Shown here piece by piece: positions 1 through 10,209 of a stretch of 64,000 nucleotides of DNA. The stretch comes from Sulfolobales archaeon (lineage in GTDB: Archaea; Thermoproteota; Thermoprotei_A; Sulfolobales; NBVN01). A program made the position numbers and the translations under genes. The notes under the pieces are model-generated. The model searched no databases. It had not been told where the DNA came from and saw nothing but the letters and a program-made list of their open reading frames with translations. The stretch's first letter is position 1, and each line of letters opens with the position of its first letter. The stretch spans positions 142,015 to 206,014 of the forward strand of contig JAOAKQ010000002.1 of assembly GCA_026419835.1 (NCBI GenBank), written 5' to 3'.

Positions 1-903
1 AGGGTTCGAGAGAAGTACAAATTCAACGCTCCTTGGTACGAGCAGTTCACTTTCTTCATTACCCAACTCCTAAGGGGCGAGCTTGAAGATCCTATAAGAA
101 ATAGGAATGTATTCGTTGAAATATACGAGAGGTTTCCGATAACGGTTGAAGTAGCTATAATAGGGTTCGTATTCCTAGTCGCTATCGGAATCCCCCTAGG
201 CGTGCTGGCGGCAGTTAAGAAAGACAGTGCCGTGGACTACTTCGTTAGAGTATTTGCCTTAGTCGGCAGTTCCCTCCCATCATTCGTTCTCTATTACTAC
301 CTAATACTAATCTTGTTTGTTTACGCATCGGCAACTCATCTAGCCGGGATACCCCTACCATCCGCCAGCTGCAGGAGTATGATAAACTCGCTTCCGCAGG
401 CGTATCCTTACGTAGGTACCCTAGTAAGTGCTATAGGCTCGGTACCGATGTTCGGAGCTCTTATGTGCGGTGAGCTAGGTGTAGTAGGAGAGACATTTAG
501 AAGACTCTATCTACCTGGTCTCGCACTCGGACTCCTCGGTGGAGGGTTTATCGCTAGGATCGTTAGAAACAGCCTACTCGACGCTCTGAGCTCCGAGTAC
601 ATACTCTACGCGAAAGCTAGAGGACTCAGTAGGTTGAGGATTTGGGGCCACGCCTACAAGAACGCCCTCATCCCGGTGGTCACGGTTCTAGGCATAAACT
701 TCGGCGGACTACTCTCCGGTGCCGTTATAGCGGAGAGGGTTTTCAACATTCCGGGGATGGGGAGGCTTATGTATGAAGCTATTAGTAGGGCTAACTTCCC
801 GATAATCATAGCATCGACGTTTCTATTCGCAATCATATACGTCACAGTTAATTTAGTTGTTGACGTACTATACGCTCTGATAGACCCTAGGATAAGGTAC
901 TAG
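1..903 (+). CDS. ABC peptide/nickel transporter permease, DppB/OppB type (5' partial, runs off window edge)
   Basis: Frame 1 is open from nt 1 (RVREKYKFNAPWYEQF...), upstream of the ORF-track Met at 202. Multi-TM sequence. C-terminal ...LVVDVLYALIDPRIRY is typical of the BPD_transp_1 DppB family. Followed by DppC/D/F-type genes. Confidence 0.85.
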   Translation, partial: RVREKYKFNAPWYEQFTFFITQLLRGELEDPIRNRNVFVEIYERFPITVEVAIIGFVFLVAIGIPLGVLAAVKKDSAVDYFVRVFALVGSSLPSFVLYYYLILILFVYASATHLAGIPLPSASCRSMINSLPQAYPYVGTLVSAIGSVPMFGALMCGELGVVGETFRRLYLPGLALGLLGGGFIARIVRNSLLDALSSEYILYAKARGLSRLRIWGHAYKNALIPVVTVLGINFGGLLSGAVIAERVFNIPGMGRLMYEAISRANFPIIIASTFLFAIIYVTVNLVVDVLYALIDPRIRY

Positions 904-913
904 AGGTGGTACG

Positions 914-1999
914 ATGAACTCGGTCTACAGACTTCTAGAAAAGGTGATAGACGGATACGTGAGCGTTATGGATAGAATTAGCCCCGGCTGGAGTGCTAAG
1001 AACTCGTCTAGAGTTCGCGAGTGGAAGTTGATGGCGTACGCATTCAGTAGGTCTAAGATAGGGGTTGTAGGTGGTGCTATGGTTGCTGTGGTAGTTATAC
1101 TCTCCGTAGTAGGGCCGGCCATTGCGTGGGAGCCTTACTGGGTCTACAAGTCCGTAGCAAACCCGGAGCTCTGGCTGCACCCACCCTGCCTCCTCCCGGA
1201 GTGCTCCAGGGCCCCAGTGCTCGGAACCGATGAGTGGGGTAGGGATATTGTGGCTATGTCGCTGTACGGATTCCGCATATCTCTAGTGATATCTCTTTTA
1301 GTAGTTTTACTAGGGGCGCCACTAGGAGTATTCCTCGGACTTCTCTCGGGGTACAGAGGTGGCTTAGTAGATGAGGTAATTATGAGACTTACGGACGTGT
1401 TCATCGCTTTCCCTGGGTTGATACTAGCAATAGCCTTCGCCTCGGTTCTCCCGCGGAGAATTAGGGAGCTGCTGGAAGCTCTTCCAGTTTTGAGGGATTC
1501 TCTATCGTTCGCATTCGGTTTGAGGCCTCAGGAGTACGGCCAGCTCGCAGCACTCATCTCGGTGTGGTTCGCTATGGTCATAGTGTGGTGGCCGGGCTAC
1601 GCTCGCATAGTTAGAGGTAGCGTCCTGAGCGTTAAGGAACTGCCGTTTATTGAAGCAGCAAAGCTCATAGGAATTCCGGAGCACAAGATCCTACTTAAGC
1701 ACATACTACCGAACGTACTATCGCCAGTCATAGTTATGATGACCTTCGACCTAGCGACAGCCACTCTCTTCGCTGCCGCGCTATCATTTCTAGGTCTAGG
1801 ACCTCAGGAACCCGTCCCAGAGCTAGGCTTTATGATATCTAAAGCAGCTACCTACTTCCCGGAGAGGAGCTGGCATGTAGTGCTCTACTTCGGCACCCTG
1901 CTCCTACTCATAGCTCTAGGGTGGAACTTGCTCGGAGACGCTCTACGAGATATTCTAGACCCTAGAACTAGGAGAGCCATAGAGTTTAGAGGTGAATAG
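914..1999 (+). CDS. ABC peptide transporter permease, DppC/OppC type
   Basis: 361 aa with an N-terminal TM. Permease core (...AFPGLILAIAF...) and a C-terminal LGDALRDILDPR motif. Sits in an operon with the other Dpp components. Confidence 0.85.
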   Translation: MNSVYRLLEKVIDGYVSVMDRISPGWSAKNSSRVREWKLMAYAFSRSKIGVVGGAMVAVVVILSVVGPAIAWEPYWVYKSVANPELWLHPPCLLPECSRAPVLGTDEWGRDIVAMSLYGFRISLVISLLVVLLGAPLGVFLGLLSGYRGGLVDEVIMRLTDVFIAFPGLILAIAFASVLPRRIRELLEALPVLRDSLSFAFGLRPQEYGQLAALISVWFAMVIVWWPGYARIVRGSVLSVKELPFIEAAKLIGIPEHKILLKHILPNVLSPVIVMMTFDLATATLFAAALSFLGLGPQEPVPELGFMISKAATYFPERSWHVVLYFGTLLLLIALGWNLLGDALRDILDPRTRRAIEFRGE

Positions 2000-2001
2000 G
2001 A

Positions 2002-3012
2002 ATAGCGGGTTCTCAGGCGGGGCTTACCGAAGAGCACGTACTTAAGGTATCCGACCTGGAGGTTAAGTTCTTCACGTACGCTGGAGTAGTTCACGCGGTA
2101 TCCGGGGTCTCCTTCGAGGTCTTCGAAGGAGAGACGATCTCACTAGTAGGTGAAACCGGGTGTGGAAAAACTGTAACTACGAGAGCTATTACCAGGCTGA
2201 TAGACCCGCCCGGGAGGATTACCGGTGGGAGGGCTCTCTACAAGACCAAGTCTGGGAGAGTAGTAGACCTACTCCAGATTCCGGATGAAGAACTGAGGAA
2301 GATTAGAGGAGACGAGATTGCGTATGTCTTCCAAGACCCTACCTCAGCTCTAGACCCTCTCTACACTGTAGGAGAGCACATAGTTGAAACTGTGAAAGCC
2401 CATAAAAGAGCCTCGACTAGAGAAATACTGAAGCACGCGGTGAAGCTGCTCAGCGAAACCCTCATACCTAACCCGGAGGTCAGAGTTAGGAATTACCCGC
2501 ACGAGCTCTCAGGAGGTATGAGGCAGAGAGCCGTAATCTCCATAGGCCTATCCAACAACCCGAGACTTCTAATAGCTGACGAACCGACGACTAACCTGGA
2601 CGTTACCGTGCAGGCCCAGATCTTGGAGTTACTTAAGGGACTGCAGTCGAAGTACGGAATGAGCCTGGTGCTAATAACTCACAACCTAGGTATAGTTGCT
2701 GAAATGGCCGATAGGGTCTACGTTATGTACGCTGGAAAAGTAGCTGAAGAAGGGTCCGCTGAAGACGTATTCTACGATCCGCTACACCCGTACACAGCCC
2801 TACTTTTAAAAGCTGTTCCAAATCCCGTTAAGAAGATCGAGAAGCTGGAGACAATACCCGGCACCGTACCTTCTCTAATTAACCCAGGCTCTGGATGTAG
2901 GTTTGAGCCTAGATGCCCCTACGCCATGGAGATATGTTCGCGTAGAGAACCGTCGCTCATAGAAGTAGGGAGAGGGCATAAAGCAGCTTGCTGGCTTATG
3001 GAGAAGAGGTGA
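2002..3012 (+). CDS. ABC transporter ATP-binding protein, DppD/OppD type (start codon non-canonical or unresolved)
   Basis: Walker A GETGCGKT at 2149-2172, signature LSGGMRQR, Walker B LLIADEPT, and a C-terminal oligopeptide-ABC Cys motif. The ORF-track Met (2392) lies after Walker A. Frame 1 is open from the TGA at 1993-1995 with no ATG/GTG/TTG. ATA at 2002 sits 6 nt after GAGGTGA (1989-1995). Confidence 0.8.
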   Translation: MAGSQAGLTEEHVLKVSDLEVKFFTYAGVVHAVSGVSFEVFEGETISLVGETGCGKTVTTRAITRLIDPPGRITGGRALYKTKSGRVVDLLQIPDEELRKIRGDEIAYVFQDPTSALDPLYTVGEHIVETVKAHKRASTREILKHAVKLLSETLIPNPEVRVRNYPHELSGGMRQRAVISIGLSNNPRLLIADEPTTNLDVTVQAQILELLKGLQSKYGMSLVLITHNLGIVAEMADRVYVMYAGKVAEEGSAEDVFYDPLHPYTALLLKAVPNPVKKIEKLETIPGTVPSLINPGSGCRFEPRCPYAMEICSRREPSLIEVGRGHKAACWLMEKR

Positions 3013-3016
3013 AGGT

Positions 3017-3979
3017 ATGTCCGCTCTAATCACCGTCGAGGACTTGAAGAAGTATTTCGGTGTTAGAGGGTCTTTCACAAAGAAGGTCAGGGCTGTCGAT
3101 GGAGTTAGCTTCAGTATCGCACGTGGAGAAACCCTGGGCGTTGTTGGTGAGAGTGGTTGCGGAAAGACAACTCTCGGTAAGACCGTGCTCAGACTCTATG
3201 AGCCTACGTCAGGTAGGATCTACTTCGACGGAAAAGACGTTACTAAGCTGAGAGGTGACGAGCTCAAAGAATTCAGAAGAAACACTCAGATGGTTTTTCA
3301 AGATCCTCACACATCCCTTAACCCTAGGTTAACGATTGCTGAAACCCTACTCGAACCTCTGAAAGAGCACGGTGTCGATGTCGGGGATGCTGAAGCCTAC
3401 CTGGTTAAGCAGTTAGAGACCGTCGGGTTGAGTGCGGAGCACCTATACAGATACCCGCACGAGCTCTCGGGGGGTCAGAAGCAGAGAGTTGCTATCCTAA
3501 GAGCTATTCTACTCAAGCCGAAGTTCGTAGTACTAGACGAACCTACATCTTCTCTGGATGTATCCGTTCAAGCACAGATACTAGAACTTCTTAAGAGTCT
3601 TCAGAAGTCCCACAACCTTACGTACATGTTCATATCGCACGACATAGCCGTAGTGAAGTACATGAGCGACAGGATGGCTGTAATGTACCTAGGCAAGATT
3701 GCGGAGCTCGGCGATTCCGATTCGGTGTTCACTAACCCACTCCACCCGTACTCGTCCGCGCTGATTTCATCGGTACCCGTCCCAGACCCTAGAACCGCTA
3801 GAAGTAGAGCGCGAGTAAAACCTCGAGGTGAGCCCCCATCTCCAATTAACCCACCGAGCGGCTGCAGGTTCCACCCGAGGTGTCCGCACGTAATGAGTGT
3901 GTGTAGAGCTAGAGAACCACCTCTAGCGGAAGTAGATTCAAAACGTCAAGTAGCTTGCTGGCTCTACATCAAGCAGTGA
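3017..3979 (+). CDS. ABC transporter ATP-binding protein, DppF/OppF type
   Basis: Walker A GESGCGKTT, signature LSGGQKQR, Walker B VVLDEPTS. ATG preceded by GAGGTGA. Confidence 0.9.
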   Translation: MSALITVEDLKKYFGVRGSFTKKVRAVDGVSFSIARGETLGVVGESGCGKTTLGKTVLRLYEPTSGRIYFDGKDVTKLRGDELKEFRRNTQMVFQDPHTSLNPRLTIAETLLEPLKEHGVDVGDAEAYLVKQLETVGLSAEHLYRYPHELSGGQKQRVAILRAILLKPKFVVLDEPTSSLDVSVQAQILELLKSLQKSHNLTYMFISHDIAVVKYMSDRMAVMYLGKIAELGDSDSVFTNPLHPYSSALISSVPVPDPRTARSRARVKPRGEPPSPINPPSGCRFHPRCPHVMSVCRAREPPLAEVDSKRQVACWLYIKQ

Positions 3980-4613
3980 GCTTCTCCACGCGGGTTCTAG
4001 CCTCCCGGTCTCTACTCAGTATCCTACTTAGAGCGGTATTTTCAGCTACTTTGCTGCCGATTGCGTAGTAGATAGAGCTCTTCTTTAAGTCGACTGCGTG
4101 GAGTACATAGGCTTCAACAACCCGGCCGCTTCGCAGAGCTTTAAGTATCTCTAGGCACACATCCTCTAGTATGTGTAGAGATACTTGAGTAGCTATACCT
4201 TCCTCAACCTTCTCAGTGCTTCCCAGAACCCATCTAACCGGTGAGAGCATGTGCGATAGAGCTAGGCGCACCGCACTCGGAAACTCTACGTCTACTGATC
4301 TAGAAGTTCTCGCATAATCCACCATCTTCTCTACAGACACCGCGACTTCGCTTTGAGAACACCTCTCAGCCGGTAGCTGAGCTGCGGCTAGGGGCGCTCT
4401 ATCTTCAAAATCTGGGGTAGCTTCTCTGAAGGACGAGAGAACTCTAGTTAGGTCGGGATTACTGAACAACGTGTAGAGAGAGCAATAGACGTAGAGAGCC
4501 TTTCTTCTACCTACCGCTGGACCCTCAGGAATGAGTAGTGCCATCGGTACCCACAGAACTAGCCTACCCGAGAGCTTGTTTAAGATGCTTCTATCTACAC
4601 TCACGTACTTCAA
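3969..4613 (-). CDS. hypothetical protein (possible C-terminal winged-helix)
   Basis: 214-aa ORF with a TTG start and no recognisable catalytic motif. The C-terminal ILKALRSGRVVEAYVLHAVDLKKSSIYYAIG looks wHTH-like, but the assignment is weak. Confidence 0.45.
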   Translation of the reverse strand: MKYVSVDRSILNKLSGRLVLWVPMALLIPEGPAVGRRKALYVYCSLYTLFSNPDLTRVLSSFREATPDFEDRAPLAAAQLPAERCSQSEVAVSVEKMVDYARTSRSVDVEFPSAVRLALSHMLSPVRWVLGSTEKVEEGIATQVSLHILEDVCLEILKALRSGRVVEAYVLHAVDLKKSSIYYAIGSKVAENTALSRILSRDREARTRVEKLTA

Positions 4614-4656
4614 GTTACTCCCTCACTCAGGCAGTCTTCTACCTAGGTATTAGCTG

Positions 4657-6654
4657 GTGCTTAAGGATTTGAGTGCAGGTATAAGCTCTGTCGAAGTATA
4701 CTGCTCGATGTCTGAGCGAGGCTCTCGGGAGCTCAAGCCTAAGCTGAGTATGACCTCCGTAGACTTAGCTGTAGTAGTTAGAGAGTTGAAGAGCTTGGGG
4801 AGCCGCGTTGTTAGGTCTGTACTCATGCCGACTAGGGACGTACTGATCTTCGAGCTAGTTGAAGGTAGTGATGTAGTGTATCTCGTAGTAGAGGGAGGTA
4901 GGAGAATACATACCTCTAAAAGTATATATACATCCGAATCCGTTGGAACGGCTAGACCTTTTAGAAAGCTCTTAGAGGGATCGAAGCTCGTCGACATCTC
5001 TCAAGTAGATTTCGAAAGAGTGGCTGTACTTAAATTCAGAAGGGGGGCGGCGGTCTACAGTCTCTACGTAGAACTCCTTCCCAGGGGGGTCATAGCCCTA
5101 GTTAACGACGAGGGGAGGGTCGTGGCGGTAAACAGGAGGTTTGTGGGTAGAGATAGGTCGGTAGCTGTAAGCCTCAACTACTCTCCTCCCCCACTCATCT
5201 CTAACTTCATGGAGTTGAGCGACGCGGAGGTAGCTAAGCTGGCTGAGAAGTTCGATGGAACTCTCGCGCAGTTTCTCGTCAGAGGCCTTGGAGTACCTCC
5301 TGAATTCGTTAACGAGGTGCTGAGTGAGAAAGAGAGGTCCGCTAAGCTATCCCAACTGGAGGTGGGCAGCCTACTCCAACTCCTAGGCAGAGTTCGCCAG
5401 TTCGTAGGTAGAACGATCGAGAGGCCTTCTCCATGCGCTATCTTAGTCGATGGGAAGCCGACCGGTTTCTTCTCCTTTAAACCATCTGGGATCCCCAGTG
5501 GCGCTAGAGTAGCTGGGTTTAGCTCTATGAATGAGCTCCTGGACTACTACTTCAAGTACCTGGACGAGGCTACCCTAAGAGAAGCGGAGCTGGCGAGAAT
5601 CCGGGAAGCGGAGGCGGCTATTGAGAAGACACTGCGCGAAGCTGAGGAGAACCTAGAGAAGATCTCGAAGAGGTTAGGTGAGGTTGGGGGTGCTCTAGGT
5701 CTTTTGGAGAAGTACTACTACGAAGTCGAGACCGCCTGGTCTTGCTGTAGAAGGGTAGTTAAGGAGAGAGGGTGGGAATACGTCGGTGAGTGCGGTGTTG
5801 TTGGTGCTGACCCTAGGAGGGGGTTAGTAAGGATCCAGCTACCCGGTGGTGCGCTGGAGCTTCAACTCCACAGGGACGTTAATCAGCTGTACAGCGAGTT
5901 GAGGCGGGAGTACGACCACCTGAGCGAGAAGCTGAATAGAGCTAGAGAGACCGTGAAGGACCTAAGAGCTAAGCTGGAGGAGGTGACTCAGCGTAAGCGT
6001 GCGCTCGAATCGCTGAAGCTAAGACCTAGGAGAACTGCGTGGTTCAGTAGGTTCATCTGGATCGAGACGTCAAGTGGTTTTCTAGCTATTGGGGGTAGGG
6101 ATGCTTCTCAGAACGAGCTGATCGTGAGGAAGTACCTCAAACCTAAAGACATATTCATGCACGCAGACGTTCACGGAGCTTCCGCTTTCGTCGTACTCAC
6201 CGGCGGCGCTGAGGTGCCTGAGAAAGATCTGAGAGAGGTGGCCGGCCTAGCGGCCTCCTACAGTAAGGCGTGGAAAGCGGGACTGAGCTCCGTAGACGTC
6301 TTCTGGGTTCGGGGTGAGCAGGTGGGGCTTTCAGCACCTCCAGGTGAGTACCTACCCAGAGGTTCCTTCATGGTGTACGGTCAGAAGAACTTCATAAGAA
6401 ACGTTGAGCTCATCCTAAGCATAGGGATAGCGTACCTAGGCGACTCGTACGACTTAGTGGTCGCACCACCGGAACTAGCGGAAGCTAGGTCGGAAGCTAG
6501 TGTAACTATAGCTCCCGGAGATACGAGCGTGGAGCTAGCTGCGAGAGAAATTAGGGAGTACTTAGTTCAGAAGTGCCCCGACGTTCGCGGTCTCACAGTG
6601 CGCGATATAGCTAAGGTGCTCCCAGGTAGGGTTAGGGTAGTTAGCAAGAAGTAG
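4657..6654 (+). CDS. NFACT-family protein (archaeal Rqc2/NEMF/FbpA homologue, ribosome quality control)
   Basis: Has an N-terminal NFACT-N-like region, a long coiled coil, and the NFACT-R/DUF814 motif GGRDASQNELIVRKYLKPKDIFMHADVHGASAFVV. The likely true start is ATG 4750 (MTSVDLAVVVRELK...). Confidence 0.8.
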   Translation: MLKDLSAGISSVEVYCSMSERGSRELKPKLSMTSVDLAVVVRELKSLGSRVVRSVLMPTRDVLIFELVEGSDVVYLVVEGGRRIHTSKSIYTSESVGTARPFRKLLEGSKLVDISQVDFERVAVLKFRRGAAVYSLYVELLPRGVIALVNDEGRVVAVNRRFVGRDRSVAVSLNYSPPPLISNFMELSDAEVAKLAEKFDGTLAQFLVRGLGVPPEFVNEVLSEKERSAKLSQLEVGSLLQLLGRVRQFVGRTIERPSPCAILVDGKPTGFFSFKPSGIPSGARVAGFSSMNELLDYYFKYLDEATLREAELARIREAEAAIEKTLREAEENLEKISKRLGEVGGALGLLEKYYYEVETAWSCCRRVVKERGWEYVGECGVVGADPRRGLVRIQLPGGALELQLHRDVNQLYSELRREYDHLSEKLNRARETVKDLRAKLEEVTQRKRALESLKLRPRRTAWFSRFIWIETSSGFLAIGGRDASQNELIVRKYLKPKDIFMHADVHGASAFVVLTGGAEVPEKDLREVAGLAASYSKAWKAGLSSVDVFWVRGEQVGLSAPPGEYLPRGSFMVYGQKNFIRNVELILSIGIAYLGDSYDLVVAPPELAEARSEASVTIAPGDTSVELAAREIREYLVQKCPDVRGLTVRDIAKVLPGRVRVVSKK

Positions 6655-6802
6655 GTTCACGACCCTACGCAGCGTATTGAAAAATCCGGGAAGGTATGTA
6701 GATTACTGCACTCTTCGTGAACTACGGGGACTTGAAGTAAAAGATTCAGAAGACCTATAGCCGATGTGAAGGAATGCGGGGTCCGTATCTAAAAATCGAT
6801 CT

Positions 6803-8203
6803 CTACTTAAGACCTACAACCTCCACTCTTTCCTTAGGTGGCGGTGGTGTTAGAAGAGAACCAACTACCATTAAGACTAGGGCTACTAGTATTGAAGGTA
6901 TCATGCTGTGGATTCCGTACGGTCTTAGGAGAACGTACTCCCATGTGATGGCTGTGATGGCTCCTCCAATTATGGAGGCCGTAGCTCCAACGGCATTAGC
7001 TCTCCTCCAGAATGCTAGGTATAGGGGTGTGAACGCTACCGCTGAGTATATGGTGTACGCGAAAGCTATAGCATCCACTATGCCTGGGGCGAAGATAGCC
7101 CATGGAAGGCCTATGAGGCCTAGGACGGCCGCTATGATTTTAGATAACTTCATCAAGTAGTCCTCGGATAGTCCAGGTCTAAGTCTGTGTACTAGGTCCC
7201 AGACTACGTTAGCGGTACCCGAGATTAGCAGTGAGTTGGCCGTAGTAACTATCGTTGCTAGCACGGTTGCGAAGAGTAGTGCCCCGAGCCAGGTCGGTAG
7301 GGACAGGACTAGCTTCGGGAACACGTCAGCGGCCTTGAAACCGGGACCTATGATAGTGCGAGCGGAAGTACCCATCAGGTAGGGGCCGAAGAAGTAGGCG
7401 AAGAACGCTCCGGGGATCATCATGAGGCCTGCTAGGTAAGCCGTTCTCTCATCTCTAGAAGCGGCGAATCTCTGAATGAAGAGACTCTGACTTACCGACG
7501 CAATACCGAATACCGATACGAATGCCCCTATAGCGGTTATCGGCGAGAAGTACCCTAGCGGAGTTAGGTGTTTTGGTGGTAGTACTTCCCAAGCCTTTAA
7601 ACCACCAGCCATGTACAGCGAAATAGTGCCTCCGAGTAGAATTCCGGTAGCCATGAGCGCGGCTTGGACGAAGTCCGTTATTGCGACACCCTTAAGCCCT
7701 CCGGGAATGGCTATCGCGACGAAGGCTATTGTTGCTAGTGCGTAGGCCACCTCCCTGGGTAATCCAACAAGAACTATCAGCACAGATCCGAGAGCTATTA
7801 TTTGAACAACGTATATCGCGAGGTAGGCTATGACCATAGCTACCGCTAGAGTAATCCTAGCCCGCACATCGTACCTTCTCTCAATTAACTCCGGGAGAGT
7901 TGCTATACCCAGTCTCCTAACGCGCTTCGACCAGACTAGAGTGATTACTGTAACTCCACATATAGCACCAACGCCGTAGAACCACCAGTCCAAGCCGAAT
8001 GTGTAGAACGCGCCGGTCCAGCCTACGATAGTGGCCCCACCTACGTACGTAGCCCAGATAGTGCCTAGAGTTATCGGGAGAGGTAGTGTTCGACCGGCAA
8101 TTAGGAACTCGGAGAAGCTCCTCACCTTCTTAGCGAAGTACACGCCACTACCTAGTACCGCTATGGTGTAGACTATAGCTATAGAGAGTAAAAGCTCTCG
8201 CAC
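6803..8203 (-). CDS. sodium:solute symporter family (SSS/SLC5) transporter
   Basis: 466 aa with about 12-13 TM segments. SSS-like N-terminal pattern (...FLIAGRTLPLPITLGTIWATYVGGATIVGWTGAFY...). Confidence 0.85.
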   Translation of the reverse strand: MRELLLSIAIVYTIAVLGSGVYFAKKVRSFSEFLIAGRTLPLPITLGTIWATYVGGATIVGWTGAFYTFGLDWWFYGVGAICGVTVITLVWSKRVRRLGIATLPELIERRYDVRARITLAVAMVIAYLAIYVVQIIALGSVLIVLVGLPREVAYALATIAFVAIAIPGGLKGVAITDFVQAALMATGILLGGTISLYMAGGLKAWEVLPPKHLTPLGYFSPITAIGAFVSVFGIASVSQSLFIQRFAASRDERTAYLAGLMMIPGAFFAYFFGPYLMGTSARTIIGPGFKAADVFPKLVLSLPTWLGALLFATVLATIVTTANSLLISGTANVVWDLVHRLRPGLSEDYLMKLSKIIAAVLGLIGLPWAIFAPGIVDAIAFAYTIYSAVAFTPLYLAFWRRANAVGATASIIGGAITAITWEYVLLRPYGIHSMIPSILVALVLMVVGSLLTPPPPKERVEVVGLK

Positions 8204-8379
8204 GATTACACCAACAGGTTCTTGGAAGATAGCTTATAAGTTTTAAGGTCGGCGCCCGCCGATCTTGCCGCAGATTTGTCGCGCTAGCGTAACCTCCGAG
8301 CTAGACCTACGTTCGTGGTGGATAGAGTGCGCGATTTTTACCTTATTTTAACGAAGTAATTAAAGAAGGTTGGGAGGGT

Positions 8380-8664
8380 ATGTCCTACTCGCATCCCCTA
8401 GACATCGAAGGTCTAGCTCTGAACGGATTCGTGAGAGAGGCTGAGTTGGTTAATTGTGGCAATGGGTCTGCGAAGAAGGCTAAACTCAGAGTTAAGCTCA
8501 TCGACGGCAGGCTACTGGAGACTGAGTGCCTTCCTTACGAGAGAATAGCTAGGTCGTACCTAGTCGTAGTGAAGTACTTAGAGTTGGGTAGAGCGATCTC
8601 GAGTAGAGATATCGGTGAGCTCACTAAAATCTCCGAGTTTGATTACTCCCAAGATGAAGCTTGA
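8380..8664 (+). CDS. hypothetical protein
   Basis: 94-aa ORF. ATG preceded by GGGAGGGT. No family recognised. Its 3' end overlaps repeat copy C. Confidence 0.5.
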   Translation: MSYSHPLDIEGLALNGFVREAELVNCGNGSAKKAKLRVKLIDGRLLETECLPYERIARSYLVVVKYLELGRAISSRDIGELTKISEFDYSQDEA

Positions 8665-8717
8665 GAACCCTTAAACAATAAGAATAAAGAAGAATCCGAA
8701 CAATAGAATTGAAAGGA
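8646..8717 (-). repeat. post-stop intergenic repeat, copy C (72 nt, minus orientation)
   Basis: The reverse complement reads tcctttcaattctattgttcggattcttc...tattgtttaagggttctcaagcttcatcttgggag. It aligns end to end with copy A (17918-17989). Confidence 0.7.
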
Positions 8718-8759
8718 GTATCTGGTTAGAGCGTACCGCATGCCTGGGAAGGCGGTAGC

Positions 8760-9440
8760 TCACGACCCGACACGCTTTAATTCCACCTCAACTTCCAGCC
8801 TACTACCACTGAACCTGGCCACACCGTAGTAACCCGCCATGGACGGCCCGGGGTTTACGGCCACCGTTCTTCCGATTCGTACAATACCTCTACCTTCGTG
8901 TATGTGACCGCACAAATGCAGCACCGGTTCGTAGGTCTCTATGAACTCCCTGATCTTCCTAGAGCCAACGTACTCACCGCTATAGACTCTATCTAGGCCG
9001 GACCCCTCGGGGGGAGTGTGCGTTAGAAGTACGTGTAGTGCTGCCGACCTGGATCTTAGAGCCTCCTCGATACCCCTAATGAACTCCCCGATTTGAACGT
9101 CTGTTAGATAGGGAATTTTCCAGAAAGAGAACCCTATTCCGCCCCCCACACCAGCTACGTACAGACCGGATGCTTCAACTATCTGCTTGTGAATTACTAG
9201 AACGTTCTTCAGATTTAGTTTAGCGATATCTGGGGGATCCACGTTCCCCGGTACGACGATAGATAGTGGTAGGTTCTGAGATAGAACCTCGAGAACCTCT
9301 CTGTAAGCACCACCCGCGTAGTTGGATACGTCACCAGCTACGAGAGCTAGATCGTACGAACCGCTCTTAACTAAGTTCTTAAGAACGGATACCCTGCCGT
9401 GTACATCGGATAGAAGTAGCACCGTTACGGTCTTCCCCAC
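8760..9440 (-). CDS. metallophosphoesterase (calcineurin-like)
   Basis: Motifs LLLSDVHG, AGDVSNY, PGNVD, LLTHTPP and CGHIHEG. Confidence 0.8.
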   Translation of the reverse strand: MGKTVTVLLLSDVHGRVSVLKNLVKSGSYDLALVAGDVSNYAGGAYREVLEVLSQNLPLSIVVPGNVDPPDIAKLNLKNVLVIHKQIVEASGLYVAGVGGGIGFSFWKIPYLTDVQIGEFIRGIEEALRSRSAALHVLLTHTPPEGSGLDRVYSGEYVGSRKIREFIETYEPVLHLCGHIHEGRGIVRIGRTVAVNPGPSMAGYYGVARFSGSRLEVEVELKRVGS

Positions 9441-9549
9441 TTCAGTCCCTTCCAGTTGCTCCGAGTCTCCCCCGCCTTCACTCCCGCTCCGCTCGCTTAT
9501 ATGCTTTTTGACGCTATTTTACCGAGCCCTAGACATCTCTCAGGGCGTG

Positions 9550-10209
9550 ATGGATGGGCTGAGGAATCTCTTCGATACCCTGATTGAGTACCACTGGAGC
9601 AGCATAGAAATGGGGGAGTTCACAGTCCTCAATGCTTGTGAAGACCCTCTCTCAGTCCTGGTAGCCATAGTGCTATCCCAGAACACCAACGACGTAAACT
9701 CGACTCGAGCCTACAGGTCCCTAGCTCAGAGGGTCGGCTGCCCGATGAAGCCTGAGAGCATTCTCGAGATGAGTGTCGAGGAGCTGGCTGAGGTGATCAG
9801 GGTGTCTGGAATGCACCACATCAAGGCTAGAACGATCGTCAACCTAGTTAAGTCCGTTAGCGTTGAGGAGCTCGTGAAGTTGGACCCGCTGGAGCTGAGG
9901 AGCAGGCTGCTGGCCATCCGGGGGATCGGGTACAAGACTGCCGATGTGTTCCTCCTCATGTACAGGAAGTTCCCCGTCTTCCCGATAGATACCCACATTA
10001 GGAGGGTGTTGACTAGGTACGGCGTGGTTAGGCGTGGGGATAGCTACGAAGCTATTAGGAGAACCGTCGAGAACTACCTCCCGGAGGACCCCGACTACCT
10101 GACGAGGGCGCACCTGAGCCTGATTAAGCACGGTAGAGCGGTGTGTAGAGCTAGGAAGCCTCTGTGCGAGATGTGCCCGGTTAGTAGCTGGTGCGCTAAG
10201 ATCGTCTAG
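9550..10209 (+). CDS. nth: endonuclease III family DNA glycosylase/AP lyase (HhH-GPD with 4Fe-4S)
   Basis: HhH motif LLAIRGIGYKTADVFLL, catalytic Asp context FPIDTHIRRV, and C-terminal cluster C-x6-C-x2-C-x5-C (CRARKPLCEMCPVSSWC). The ORF-track start at 9322 overlaps the upstream gene. ATG 9550 (MDGLRNLF) is the likely start. Confidence 0.85.
   Translation: MDGLRNLFDTLIEYHWSSIEMGEFTVLNACEDPLSVLVAIVLSQNTNDVNSTRAYRSLAQRVGCPMKPESILEMSVEELAEVIRVSGMHHIKARTIVNLVKSVSVEELVKLDPLELRSRLLAIRGIGYKTADVFLLMYRKFPVFPIDTHIRRVLTRYGVVRRGDSYEAIRRTVENYLPEDPDYLTRAHLSLIKHGRAVCRARKPLCEMCPVSSWCAKIV

Noticed and set aside
6655-6802. 8-bp inverted repeat (gttcacga ... tcgtgaac) in the convergent NFACT/SSS intergenic region, as a possible sRNA.
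   Set aside because: The stem is short, separated by about 50 nt, and carries no box motifs. It is most simply a convergent terminator region.
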